Below, in pieces: positions 27,912-37,501 of a DNA stretch of 64,000 nt; the stretch's first letter is position 1, and each line of letters opens with the position of its first letter. The stretch lies in assembly GCA_024644345.1 (NCBI GenBank), contig JAHELE010000004.1, positions 9,523-73,522 of the forward strand, written 5' to 3'. This DNA is from Actinomycetes bacterium (GTDB lineage: Bacteria > Actinomycetota > Actinomycetes > JAHEKZ01). Below the pieces are notes generated by a model, which had not been told where the DNA came from, did not search any database, and saw nothing but the letters and a program-made list of their open reading frames with translations. The position numbers and the translations under genes were made by a program.

Positions 27912-29659
27912 CACAGGCACGACGGCGGGGAGGCACGTCTCGACGCGTGACCGACCCGCGTCGAAGGCTGGTGGCCGTGGGCATCCTGGTCGGCATGGTC
28001 ATGTCGCTGTTTGCCGGCCGGCTGCTTCAGCTGCAGGGGGTCGAGGCCGCGGCGTACGCCGCCACCGCTGAGGCCGAGCGACTGCGGACGGTAACCATGC
28101 CGGCGACCCGTGGCGCGATCACCGATGTCCACGGCATCGCGTTGGCGACCACCGTCGACGCCGTCAACGTCACGGCCGACCAGACGCAGGTCGGTGATCC
28201 AGTCGCGGTTGCCGCCGCACTCGCCCCGGTGCTCGGTGAGCCCATCAAGACACTCCGCGACCTCTTGGACGGCGACCTTCGTTTCGCCTACATCGCCAAG
28301 GAGGTCACTCCCCGCACCTGGAGCACCATCGAGTCACTACGTCTACCAGGTATCTACAGTGAACCGACGGCGAAGCGGGTCTACCCGCAGGGGGAGCTCG
28401 GCGCCGCTCTCCTGGGGTTCGTCGGCAGTGACGGTCATGGTCTGGCCGGTCTGGAGAACAGCTGGGATAGAGAGCTCGCCGGAAAGGACGGCCAGATTAC
28501 CTACGAGTCGGCTGCGGGGGGGCGCCGCATTCCCAGCGCCGACTCCGAGACGGAGGAATCCGTACCCGGTGTGGACGTGCAGCTCACCATCGATCGCGAC
28601 ATCCAGTTCATCGCCGAGCGGGCGATCCGCAGCAAAGTGCTCGAGGCCAATGCGGACAGCGGCACCGTGGTAGCGATGGATCCGAGGACGGGGGAGGTGC
28701 TGGCCCTGGCCACGTACCCCTCGTTCGACCCACGAGACCCCACCCAGGCTCCGGCGGCGGACCGGGGGAACCGGGCAGTTGCTGAGATCTACGAGCCAGG
28801 CAGTACCAGCAAGGTAATGACGATGGCCGCGGCCCTGGATGCGGGAGCGGTCACACCCACCACCAAGATCGAAGTACCTCCGATCCTCTACCGCGGAGGG
28901 GACGACTTCCACGATCACACTCCGCACGGGACACTCCACCTGACGGCCACCGGTGTCCTTGCCGAGTCGAGCAACATCGGGGCGATCTTGATCGCCGAAA
29001 AGCTCGGCAACGAGGCCCTCTACTCCTACCTGCGGAAGTTCGGCATCGGCTCGACCAGCGGGCTCGACATCCCAGGTGAGAGCGCCGGCCTGCTGCCGAA
29101 CGTGAAGGACTGGGGCCCCACCAACGCTGCGACGATCGCGTTCGGTCAGGGGCTCTCGCTGAACGCCGTACAGTCGACGTCGGTCTTCGCCACGATCGCC
29201 AACGGCGGTGTGCGCGTCGAGCCGACAGTGGTGGCTGGCACCAGCGGTCCGGACGGGTCGTTCACCCCTGCTCCGCCTCCCCAGCGACACCGCGTGGTCA
29301 CCGCCAAGACCGCCAGGACATTGCGCGAGATGATGGAGACCGTCGTCTCCGACCAAGGGACCGCACCAATGGCTCAGATCCCCGGCTACCGAGTGGCCGG
29401 CAAGACCGGAACGGCTCAACGCGTCGACGAGAGCTGTGGCTGCTACCGCGGGTACACAGCCTCGTTCATCGGGTTCGCGCCTGCTGACAAGCCGGCCGTG
29501 GTGGTGTCGGTCACTCTTCAGGACCCGAAGAACGGACACTACGGCGGTGTGCTCGGAGGGCCGGTGTTCAAGAGGGTGACGTCGTTCGCGTTGCAGAGTC
29601 GGCAGGTGCCTCCCACGTCGACGTCACCGCCCTCCATGCGACTGACGTACCGTCCCTGA
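27908..29659 (+). CDS. ftsI: penicillin-binding protein (FtsI/PBP3-type transpeptidase)
   Basis: 583 aa. N-terminal TM, PBP dimerisation domain and a transpeptidase domain with STSK, SSN and KTGTAQ motifs. Confidence 0.85.
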   Translation: MTQARRRGGTSRRVTDPRRRLVAVGILVGMVMSLFAGRLLQLQGVEAAAYAATAEAERLRTVTMPATRGAITDVHGIALATTVDAVNVTADQTQVGDPVAVAAALAPVLGEPIKTLRDLLDGDLRFAYIAKEVTPRTWSTIESLRLPGIYSEPTAKRVYPQGELGAALLGFVGSDGHGLAGLENSWDRELAGKDGQITYESAAGGRRIPSADSETEESVPGVDVQLTIDRDIQFIAERAIRSKVLEANADSGTVVAMDPRTGEVLALATYPSFDPRDPTQAPAADRGNRAVAEIYEPGSTSKVMTMAAALDAGAVTPTTKIEVPPILYRGGDDFHDHTPHGTLHLTATGVLAESSNIGAILIAEKLGNEALYSYLRKFGIGSTSGLDIPGESAGLLPNVKDWGPTNAATIAFGQGLSLNAVQSTSVFATIANGGVRVEPTVVAGTSGPDGSFTPAPPPQRHRVVTAKTARTLREMMETVVSDQGTAPMAQIPGYRVAGKTGTAQRVDESCGCYRGYTASFIGFAPADKPAVVVSVTLQDPKNGHYGGVLGGPVFKRVTSFALQSRQVPPTSTSPPSMRLTYRP

Positions 29660-29674
29660 GACGAGCAACCGGCA

Positions 29675-31216
29675 ATGACTGAGAGCGCGGCTCGAACCCC
29701 TCGACCGATGCCGCGGGCGACCTCACTCGTGCAGGTGTGTGCGGCTCTCGATCTCGACCAGGGAACGACCCCGGATGTCATGGTGACCGGTGTCACTCTG
29801 GACTCACGCGACGTCCGTCCAGGGGATCTCTTCATCGCCCTTTCCGGGGAGCGAGTGCACGGTGCGTCTTTCACACCTGACGTCGTAGCGGCGGGTGCGG
29901 TCGCCGTAGCGACCGACGCGCCGGGTAGAGAGATCGTGGGCGATGCGTTGCCCTGTCTGGTGATCGATGATCTCCGCCTGCGCACTGGTGTCCTGGCGGC
30001 CGAGATCTACGGTCGCCCGGCCGACGACCTGCTCCTGCTGGGCGTCACAGGCACCAACGGCAAGACGACAACAGCATTTCTCCTCGAATCGGGGCTGCGG
30101 GCGGCCGGACATCGGACAGGTCTGATGGGAACGGTGTCAACGCTGATCGACGGCCAGGCCTTCGAGACCGTGCGGACGACCCCGGAGGCGCCGGAGGTGC
30201 ACGCACTCCTGGCCGTCATGCGCGAACGGGGGGTCACCGCTGTGGCCATGGAGGTGTCGAGTCACGCTCTGGCGATGGGCCGCGTCGACGGCTGCGTGTT
30301 CGATGTTGCCGGCTTCACCCAGCTGGCTGTCGACCACCTCGACTTCCACGGCAGTCCTGAGGCCTACTTCTCCGCAAAACAGGTGCTCTTCCGGCGCGAC
30401 CGAAGCCGAACGTCGGTGATCACCATCGACGACGAAGGGGGTCGACGGATGGCGGCAGAGTCGACCGGGCGGGTCGTCACGCTGGGCACAGACCCGGCAG
30501 CCGACTGGCAGATCCGTGACATCGGTGAGCGCGCCGGTGGTGGTTACCGGTACCTGCTCGTTGCTCCGGGCGGAACCGTGCACCCGGGCGAGGTACAGCT
30601 GATGGGCCGCTTCAACGTGGCCAACGCAGCTCTTGCCCAGGTGATGCTGGTGTGCGCCGGAGTTGATGTCGAGACGGCGACCAGAGGAGTGAGCAGCTGT
30701 GCCGGCGTCCCGGGTCGGATGGAGAGAGTGGGTCCGGACGACGTCGCACTCGTCGTGGACTATGCGCACACCACCGATGCGTTGGCCCGCGCCATAGACG
30801 CCGTGAGGCCCGAATCCGGTGGTGATGTGATCGTCGTCTTCGGCTGCGGAGGCGACCGAGACCCGAGCAAGCGTGAACCGATGGGTGCGGCTGCAGCATC
30901 ACGCGCCGCTGTGGTGGTGGTCACCGATGACAACCCGAGGACCGAGAGTCCGGCGGACATCCGACGCGCCGTCCTGTCAGGAACCAGGGAGGTGCCGGAA
31001 TCCGAACGAGGGGACGTGGTCGAGATGGCTGACCGCCGGGCAGCCATGGAGTGGGCGGTGCGCCGTGCGACCCCCGGTGACGTCGTCCTCGTCGCAGGCA
31101 AGGGCCACGAGAGCGGTCAGGAGGTCGGCTCGTCAGTCACCCCATTCGACGACCGGGTCGAGCTCCTGGCGGCCTGGACGCGGGTCCACGGCCAGTCCGC
31201 GAAGGCACGACCATGA
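29675..31216 (+). CDS. murE: UDP-N-acetylmuramoyl-L-alanyl-D-glutamate--2,6-diaminopimelate ligase
   Basis: 513 aa. Mur ligase P-loop GVTGTNGKTTT. The DNPR motif indicates meso-DAP specificity. Confidence 0.9.
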   Translation: MTESAARTPRPMPRATSLVQVCAALDLDQGTTPDVMVTGVTLDSRDVRPGDLFIALSGERVHGASFTPDVVAAGAVAVATDAPGREIVGDALPCLVIDDLRLRTGVLAAEIYGRPADDLLLLGVTGTNGKTTTAFLLESGLRAAGHRTGLMGTVSTLIDGQAFETVRTTPEAPEVHALLAVMRERGVTAVAMEVSSHALAMGRVDGCVFDVAGFTQLAVDHLDFHGSPEAYFSAKQVLFRRDRSRTSVITIDDEGGRRMAAESTGRVVTLGTDPAADWQIRDIGERAGGGYRYLLVAPGGTVHPGEVQLMGRFNVANAALAQVMLVCAGVDVETATRGVSSCAGVPGRMERVGPDDVALVVDYAHTTDALARAIDAVRPESGGDVIVVFGCGGDRDPSKREPMGAAAASRAAVVVVTDDNPRTESPADIRRAVLSGTREVPESERGDVVEMADRRAAMEWAVRRATPGDVVLVAGKGHESGQEVGSSVTPFDDRVELLAAWTRVHGQSAKARP

Positions 31217-32598
31217 TTCCCACGTCACTCTCCGAGATCGCGGAGGCCGTCGGCGGTCGGCTCAGCGACGTACCGGACGCCTCGGTCGTCGTTCTCAGCG
31301 TGTGCTCGGACACTCGGCAGGTAGCTGTCGGAAGCCTGTTCGTCGCCCTCGAAGGCTCCCGTGTCGACGGTCACGACTTCGCTGCTGCCGCCGTTGAGGG
31401 CGGGGCCGTCGCCGTGCTGGGAACCAGACCGACCGGCCAGCCCACCATCGTGGTGCCAGATACATTGACCGCCCTCGGGGCCCTTGCGAGGTTTCACATC
31501 AGCCGCCTCACCCGCGCCACGGTCGTGGCTGTGACTGGATCGGTCGGCAAGACCACCGCCAAAGACCTGATTGCCGCGGTTCTCGAGACGAATGGGCCGA
31601 CGATCTCACCGCCCGGATCCTTCAACAATGAGCTCGGACTGCCGTTGACGGTGCTCCAAGCAGATCTCGAGACTCGCTACCTGGTCCTGGAGATGGGGGC
31701 CCGAGGACGGGGCCACATCGAGTATCTGTGCTCCATAGCCCCACCCGACATCGGCGTCGAGCTCGCGGTCGGCACTGCGCACATCAGCGAGTTCGGCAGC
31801 CAAGCCGCCATTGCCGAGGCCAAGGCCGAGCTGGTTCGCGCACTCTCGGCTTCCGGCACCGCGATCCTCAATGCCAACGACGACTATGTACGCGCAATGG
31901 CTGACGAGTCGGTGGCGTCGGTCATCTGGTTCGGGCAACAGGCCGACGCCGACATCCGGGCGCAAGCCCTCAGCTCTGACCGGCTCGACCGGGCAAGCTT
32001 CACCCTGGTGACGCCGGACGGAGCCGCGCCGGTCGCGCTGCAGCTCGTGGGAGTGCACGCCGTACCCAATGCCCTTGCCGCGGCTGCTGTGGGCTGGTCG
32101 GTCGGAATGGCCACGGCCGCGATCGCCGATGCCCTGTCGGCCGCAGTTCCACGGAGCCGGTGGCGGATGGAGGTTCGGGAGCGCGGTGACGGACTGGTGG
32201 TCATCAACGATGCCTACAACGCAAGCCCAGAGTCCACCCGCGCCGCCCTGAAGTCACTGAAGCAGATCGCGGGCGACCGCCGGAGCTGGGCGGTTCTGGG
32301 CGAGATGCTGGAGCTCGGTGACAGATCCGACGCTGAACACGACGCGATAGGTCGACTGGTTGTGCGCTTGGATGTGCAACGGTTAGTCGTCGTTGGAGAC
32401 GGCGCCCGGCACATCCATCTGGCTGCCGGGCTCGAAGGATCGTGGGGACAGGAGTCCATGTTCGTTTCAGACGTCGAGGAAGCGTTGACGCTGCTTCGCG
32501 AACAGGTCACCTCAGATGACGTCGTTCTCGTCAAGGCTTCCCGCGCCGCCGGGCTCGATGTCATCGCCACCAGTCTGCTCGAAGGTGACGTCACATGA
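31213..32598 (+). CDS. murF: UDP-N-acetylmuramoyl-tripeptide--D-alanyl-D-alanine ligase
   Basis: 461 aa. Mur ligase P-loop GSVGKTTAKD. ATGA overlaps with both murE and mraY. Confidence 0.9.
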   Translation: MIPTSLSEIAEAVGGRLSDVPDASVVVLSVCSDTRQVAVGSLFVALEGSRVDGHDFAAAAVEGGAVAVLGTRPTGQPTIVVPDTLTALGALARFHISRLTRATVVAVTGSVGKTTAKDLIAAVLETNGPTISPPGSFNNELGLPLTVLQADLETRYLVLEMGARGRGHIEYLCSIAPPDIGVELAVGTAHISEFGSQAAIAEAKAELVRALSASGTAILNANDDYVRAMADESVASVIWFGQQADADIRAQALSSDRLDRASFTLVTPDGAAPVALQLVGVHAVPNALAAAAVGWSVGMATAAIADALSAAVPRSRWRMEVRERGDGLVVINDAYNASPESTRAALKSLKQIAGDRRSWAVLGEMLELGDRSDAEHDAIGRLVVRLDVQRLVVVGDGARHIHLAAGLEGSWGQESMFVSDVEEALTLLREQVTSDDVVLVKASRAAGLDVIATSLLEGDVT

Positions 32599-33677
32599 GA
32601 CTGGTCCTCATAGCGGTTGTCGTCAGCCTGCTCATCGGCTTCGTCGTGACGCCGCTGTGGGCGAACTGGCTTCGAGGCAGGGGATACGCCCAGTCGATCC
32701 GGGACGCCGAAGAGCTCGGCTACGCCGTCCCCGACCACGCCGGCAAGAGGGGAACACCGTCGATGGGCGGTGTGGTCATCGTGGCCGGCACCGTGATCAG
32801 CTACGCCGTCGCCCACCTGGTGGCGGGGAGCGGGCCAAGCGCGTCAGCGCTGTTGGTGTTCTTCCTGATGGTGGGTCTTGCCTCGGTCGGATTTGCGGAC
32901 GACTACATCAAGATCTTCCGCAGAAGGTCGACGGGGCTTCGGGTCAAGACCAAGCTGATCGGGCAGGCGGCAGTCGCGATTGCCTTCGCCCTTCTGGCAC
33001 TGCAGTTTCCCAACACTGACGATCTCACCCCGGCCACCCAGTACATCTCGTTTGTCCGGGATACCGCCGTCTTCCTCCCCATCGGCATCTACGTGCTGTG
33101 GGTCTGGTTCATGGTGGCCGCCACGTCCAACGCGGTGAACCTCACCGACGGCCTCGACGGCTTGGCCACCGGGGCTGCCTCCATGGTGTTCGGTGCCTAC
33201 GTCACCGTCGGACTCTGGCAGTACAACCAACGCTGCTCCGACTTCGTGCTGCCGAACTGTTATGAGGTCCGTAACCCGCTCGACATCGCGGTAGTCGCTG
33301 CCGGTGTCATGGGCTCCTGTTTCGGGTTCCTCTGGTGGAACACGTCTCCAGCGCGCATCTTCATGGGTGACACCGGGTCACTCGCACTTGGGGGTGCGAT
33401 GGCCGGCATCGCGATCACCACACAGACCGAGCTGTTGCTTCCAGTGATGGCCGGACTCTTCGTGGTCATCACGGCATCGGTCATCATCCAGATCGCATCG
33501 TTCAAGACCACCGGGCGTCGCGTGTTCCTGATGTCACCCCTGCAGCACCATTTTGAGCTCAAGGGATGGCCAGAAGTGCAGATCGTGACGCGGTTCTGGA
33601 TAATCTCAGGACTCTTCACTGGCGCGGCCTTCGTTCTGTTCTACGCCGAGTGGCTCGGTGGGGGCGGCATCGGGTGA
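32595..33677 (+). CDS. mraY: phospho-N-acetylmuramoyl-pentapeptide transferase
   Basis: 360 aa, polytopic membrane protein with MraY motifs (NAVNLTDGLDGLA, MGDTGSLALGG). Confidence 0.9.
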   Translation: MRLVLIAVVVSLLIGFVVTPLWANWLRGRGYAQSIRDAEELGYAVPDHAGKRGTPSMGGVVIVAGTVISYAVAHLVAGSGPSASALLVFFLMVGLASVGFADDYIKIFRRRSTGLRVKTKLIGQAAVAIAFALLALQFPNTDDLTPATQYISFVRDTAVFLPIGIYVLWVWFMVAATSNAVNLTDGLDGLATGAASMVFGAYVTVGLWQYNQRCSDFVLPNCYEVRNPLDIAVVAAGVMGSCFGFLWWNTSPARIFMGDTGSLALGGAMAGIAITTQTELLLPVMAGLFVVITASVIIQIASFKTTGRRVFLMSPLQHHFELKGWPEVQIVTRFWIISGLFTGAAFVLFYAEWLGGGGIG

Positions 33678-35128
33678 CCGAGTCGTCCGCTGTCGTGGAG
33701 TGGCTGAAGACCGCCGACCGGTACGCCGACTGGTCAGGTGTCACGGCTGTCGTCGCCGGGCTCGGCGCCAGTGGGTTTGCGGCAGCCGATGCGCTGATCC
33801 GCGTAGGGGCATCGGTGACCGTTGTGGAGGCCACTCCGGTTGGTGACGAGGGGCCCCTCGCCGAGCGATCGCAGATCCTTGAGGTCCTCGGGGCCAACGT
33901 CCAGACCGGTGTCGACGCCGCCGCCGTGCTCGAGGCCGATCTGCTGATTCCCTCACCTGGCATCCCGCCTGGGCATCGTTGGATCACGGAGGCGCGGGCC
34001 GGTGTCGTGTGGAGCGGTGAGCAGCTCGCATGGAACCTGCGGGCACCCCGAGTGCCCTGGCTGACCGTCACGGGCACGAACGGGAAGACGACGACTGTCC
34101 GGATGCTGGCCGCCATGGTCGAGGCGGCGGGGCACCGCTGTCTCGCCGTCGGCAACATCGGCGTGCCATTGGTTGAAGCGGTCTTCGCCGAGCCTGAGCC
34201 GCACGTCCTGGCTGTCGAGCTGTCGAGCTACCAGCTGCACTTCACGAGGTCGGTTTCGGCCCACTCATCAGCCCTTCTCAACATCGCACCCGACCATCTC
34301 GACTGGCACGGCTCGCTGGACACGTATGTCGCCGACAAGGCCCGCATCTATGACGGCACCCAACGCGTCATCATCTACAACCACGACGATCCCCGCACCG
34401 AGATTCTGGCGACCGAGGCTGACGTGGTGGAGGGATGTCGGGCGGTGGGTTTCACGCTCGGGGTTCCCGCACGTTCGATGCTCGGCGTGGTCGACGGCAC
34501 TCTCGTCGATCGAGCTTTTGTCGCCGACCGGGAGACGCAGGCGGTCGAAATCGTTGACTCGGGTCAGCTGTCGGTCGACGGGCCACACAATGTGCAGAAT
34601 GTTCTTGCGGCCGCTGGGCTGGCCCGTTCCTTCGGCGTTCCGCTGGCGGCGGTGAAGCAAGCAGCTGTCGGATTCGAGCTCGATGCCCACCGGGGCCAGA
34701 CAGTCGGCTCGGTGGGCGACGTGGTGTTCGTCGACAACTCCAAGGCAACCAACGTGCTGGCCGCCGATGTGGCTCTGGCCGCTGTCCCCGGGGGAGTGGT
34801 CTGGATCGCCGGGGGGCTGGCCAAGGGTGGTGTCTTCGACGACCTCGTGGCCCGTCACCGCGAGCGGCTGCGGGCTGTGGTGCTCTTGGGTGCCGATCGA
34901 CGCTTGATCCGGGACGCACTCGAGCGACACGCCCCCGAGGTACCCGTGATCGAGGTCCCGGACGGGGAGACTGATCCCATGACTCATGCTGTCCGCTCGG
35001 CGGCTGCGGCAGCCCAGCCCCATGACACCGTGCTCCTTGCTCCCGCCTGCGCGTCGATGGACCAGTTTGTTGACTACGAGGCCAGGGGTCGAGCATTCGA
35101 CTCGGCCGTGACCCGGCTACGCCGCTGA
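33674..35128 (+). CDS. murD: UDP-N-acetylmuramoylalanine--D-glutamate ligase
   Basis: ORF track 33566..35128. Start at GTG 33674, overlapping the mraY TGA (GTGA). It gives 484 aa with P-loop GTNGKTTT. Confidence 0.85.
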   Translation: MTESSAVVEWLKTADRYADWSGVTAVVAGLGASGFAAADALIRVGASVTVVEATPVGDEGPLAERSQILEVLGANVQTGVDAAAVLEADLLIPSPGIPPGHRWITEARAGVVWSGEQLAWNLRAPRVPWLTVTGTNGKTTTVRMLAAMVEAAGHRCLAVGNIGVPLVEAVFAEPEPHVLAVELSSYQLHFTRSVSAHSSALLNIAPDHLDWHGSLDTYVADKARIYDGTQRVIIYNHDDPRTEILATEADVVEGCRAVGFTLGVPARSMLGVVDGTLVDRAFVADRETQAVEIVDSGQLSVDGPHNVQNVLAAAGLARSFGVPLAAVKQAAVGFELDAHRGQTVGSVGDVVFVDNSKATNVLAADVALAAVPGGVVWIAGGLAKGGVFDDLVARHRERLRAVVLLGADRRLIRDALERHAPEVPVIEVPDGETDPMTHAVRSAAAAAQPHDTVLLAPACASMDQFVDYEARGRAFDSAVTRLRR

Positions 35129-35138
35129 CGGATCCCGC

Positions 35139-36377
35139 ATGACAGTCACTTCCCCTCCTTCGTCCCCGACCCAGCGGTCGGGGATCGCTGCACCGATTCG
35201 ACTTGCACTGGCCAAGCCACTGGCGCCGTACTACCTCGTGCTCGGAAGCGCCACCTTGCTGACGATGTTGGGGCTGGTGATGGTCCTGTCCGCTTCCAGC
35301 GTCGAGTCCTACGCAGCAAGCGGTTCATCCTGGGCGATCGCCCAGAAACAGGCGATGTGGGTGATCATCGGAATCCCCGCGCTGATGGTGGCCAGTCGAC
35401 TGCCGACCGTCTGGTTCCGACGTCTGGCGGTTCCCGTCCTCGTGCTCTCCGTGGTGCTGCTCGTTCTGGTGCTCGTTCCCGGGATCGGGGTGAGCGTCAA
35501 CGGCAACCAGAACTGGATCGAGATCGGTGGCTCGTTCCGCATCCAGCCGGCTGAGGCAGCGAAGTACGCGCTGGTGTTGTGGGGCGCGGATCTCCTCACT
35601 CGCAAACGGAAGTTGCTGCACCAGAACAAGCATCTGCTGATCCCGCTGCTTCCTGTCGCGGCGGTGATCATCCTGCTCGTCCTGCTCGGAGGAGATCTCG
35701 GTACCTCGCTGATCCTGATGGCGATCGTCGCCGGTCTGCTCTTCGTGGCGGGTGCGCCCCTTCGGGTGTTTGTGGCGTTGGGTGCGCCGGCGCTGGCGGT
35801 GATCGTGTTCATGACGTTGCAGCGAAGCGCGAGACTGTCGCGGCTGCAGTCCTTCCTTGACCCGTTCGCCGACTACGAGGGTTCCGGCTGGCAGGCAGCA
35901 CACAGCCTGTTTGCTCTTGCCTCCGGGGGATGGTGGGGGGTCGGGCTCGGCGCGAGCCGTGAGAAGTGGGGCAACCTCCCGGAGGCACATACGGACTTCA
36001 TCTTCGCCATCATCGGAGAAGAGCTCGGGCTGGTCGGGACCTTGACGGTCCTCCTGCTGTTCGGGGCTCTGATCGTGGGGGCGCTCCGAATCGCGCTGGC
36101 CACCGACGACCTCTTCGTCCGGTTCGCATCGGGCGGGATCGTTGTCTGGATCGGGGTCCAGATGATCATCAACATCGGTGGTGTCCTGAGCGTGCTGCCG
36201 ATCACGGGAGTTCCCCTACCTCTTGTCTCGTACGGTGGCTCAGCGCTGCTGGCGACGATGTTCGCCATCGGCATGCTGCTGTCGTTCGCGCGGAACCTCC
36301 CAGGAGCACAGCAGGCGCTGCGTCAGCGCAGGGTCTCCAGATGGAGTCCGCGCCTGCCGTGGACGCGACGTCGGTGA
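35139..36377 (+). CDS. ftsW: cell division protein FtsW (SEDS peptidoglycan glycosyltransferase)
   Basis: 412 aa with 10 TM. SEDS motifs (..QNWIEIGGSFRIQPAE.., GVLPITGVPLPLVSYGGS). Confidence 0.85.
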   Translation: MTVTSPPSSPTQRSGIAAPIRLALAKPLAPYYLVLGSATLLTMLGLVMVLSASSVESYAASGSSWAIAQKQAMWVIIGIPALMVASRLPTVWFRRLAVPVLVLSVVLLVLVLVPGIGVSVNGNQNWIEIGGSFRIQPAEAAKYALVLWGADLLTRKRKLLHQNKHLLIPLLPVAAVIILLVLLGGDLGTSLILMAIVAGLLFVAGAPLRVFVALGAPALAVIVFMTLQRSARLSRLQSFLDPFADYEGSGWQAAHSLFALASGGWWGVGLGASREKWGNLPEAHTDFIFAIIGEELGLVGTLTVLLLFGALIVGALRIALATDDLFVRFASGGIVVWIGVQMIINIGGVLSVLPITGVPLPLVSYGGSALLATMFAIGMLLSFARNLPGAQQALRQRRVSRWSPRLPWTRRR

Positions 36378-37501
36378 CTGTCGACGAACCGGCTGGCGCG
36401 AGCTCCCCGCCGCTGCGGGTACTCCTGGCTGGGGGTGGCACCGCAGGGCACGTCGAGCCCGCGCTGGCCCTCGCAGACGCGATCGTTCGGCGGCACCCGG
36501 ACGCGGTGATCACCGCGCTGGGCACGGAGGCCGGGTTGGAGACCACCCTGGTGCCCGCTCGCGGATTCGGCGTGCGCCTGATCCCGAAAGTCACCATGCC
36601 GCGGGCCGAGCCTCGGCGATGGTTCAGAATCCCACGAGCAACGTGGGCGGCGGTGCGGGCGGCGGCACAAGTGATCGAAGACGACCGGCCTGACGTCGTC
36701 GTGGGGTTCGGTGGCTACGTCTCGCTGCCTGCCTACTTGGCTGCCCGTCGCGCCGGGGTGCCGTTCGTCGTCCACGAGGCGAACGCCAGACCGGGAGTCG
36801 CGAACCGGATCGGAGCCCGGTTCACCTCGTACGTGGCGGTGAGCGTGCCAACGACGGTCAGTGCTCTGCCGCACGCCACCCTCATCGGGATCCCGCTGCG
36901 GCGCAGCATCGCGGCGCTCGATCGCCCCGCTGTGAGGGAGAGAGCGCGCCGGGCCTTCGGCCTCGATGCCGACCGACCGACGCTCCTCGTCTTCGGCGGC
37001 TCGCAGGGCGCTCGGACGATCAACGCGGCCATGCAGGGCGCTGCCGGACACCTCCTGAGCGCGGGCATCCAGGTGTTGCACGCATCGGGACCACACAACA
37101 CCGTGGTGATCGAGCGTCGTGACTCCGACCCGCCCTACGTCGTGGTGCCCTACCTCAAGCAGATGGACCTCGCCTATGCCGCGGCAGACCTGTTGTTGGG
37201 CCGCTCCGGCGCGATGACGTGCGCCGAGGTGGCCGCGGTAGCGCTCCCCGCGGTCTTTGTTCCCTACCCGCACAGCAACGGCGAGCAAGCAGTCAACGCG
37301 CAGCCACTCGTGGATGCCGGTGCTGGTGTGATGGTTCCCGACGAAGAGTTGACGGCCGCCGTGGTCGAGAACCTGGTGGGCGAGCTCGTGGTCGATAGCG
37401 AGCGCTTGGCCCAGATGCGAGCCGCTGCCGACGGCATGGGAGCGCGAGACGCCGACGAGCGGCTGGCCGACATGGTCCTGCGGGCTGCGGGGCGCTCATG
37501 A
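36374..37501 (+). CDS. murG: undecaprenyldiphospho-muramoylpentapeptide beta-N-acetylglucosaminyltransferase
   Basis: ORF track 35966..37501. The GTG at 36374 overlaps the ftsW stop (GTGA). The alternative ATG at 36341 gives an 11-aa longer product. N-terminal LLAGGGTAGHVEPALA and a C-terminal GT-B domain. Confidence 0.8.
   Translation: MTVDEPAGASSPPLRVLLAGGGTAGHVEPALALADAIVRRHPDAVITALGTEAGLETTLVPARGFGVRLIPKVTMPRAEPRRWFRIPRATWAAVRAAAQVIEDDRPDVVVGFGGYVSLPAYLAARRAGVPFVVHEANARPGVANRIGARFTSYVAVSVPTTVSALPHATLIGIPLRRSIAALDRPAVRERARRAFGLDADRPTLLVFGGSQGARTINAAMQGAAGHLLSAGIQVLHASGPHNTVVIERRDSDPPYVVVPYLKQMDLAYAAADLLLGRSGAMTCAEVAAVALPAVFVPYPHSNGEQAVNAQPLVDAGAGVMVPDEELTAAVVENLVGELVVDSERLAQMRAAADGMGARDADERLADMVLRAAGRS

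Noticed and set aside
33566-36373. N-terminal extensions of murD (33566) and murG (35966) in the ORF track
   Set aside because: The extensions overlap the upstream genes by about 100-400 bp. GTG starts that overlap the upstream stop codons by 4 bp fit the cluster-wide pattern.
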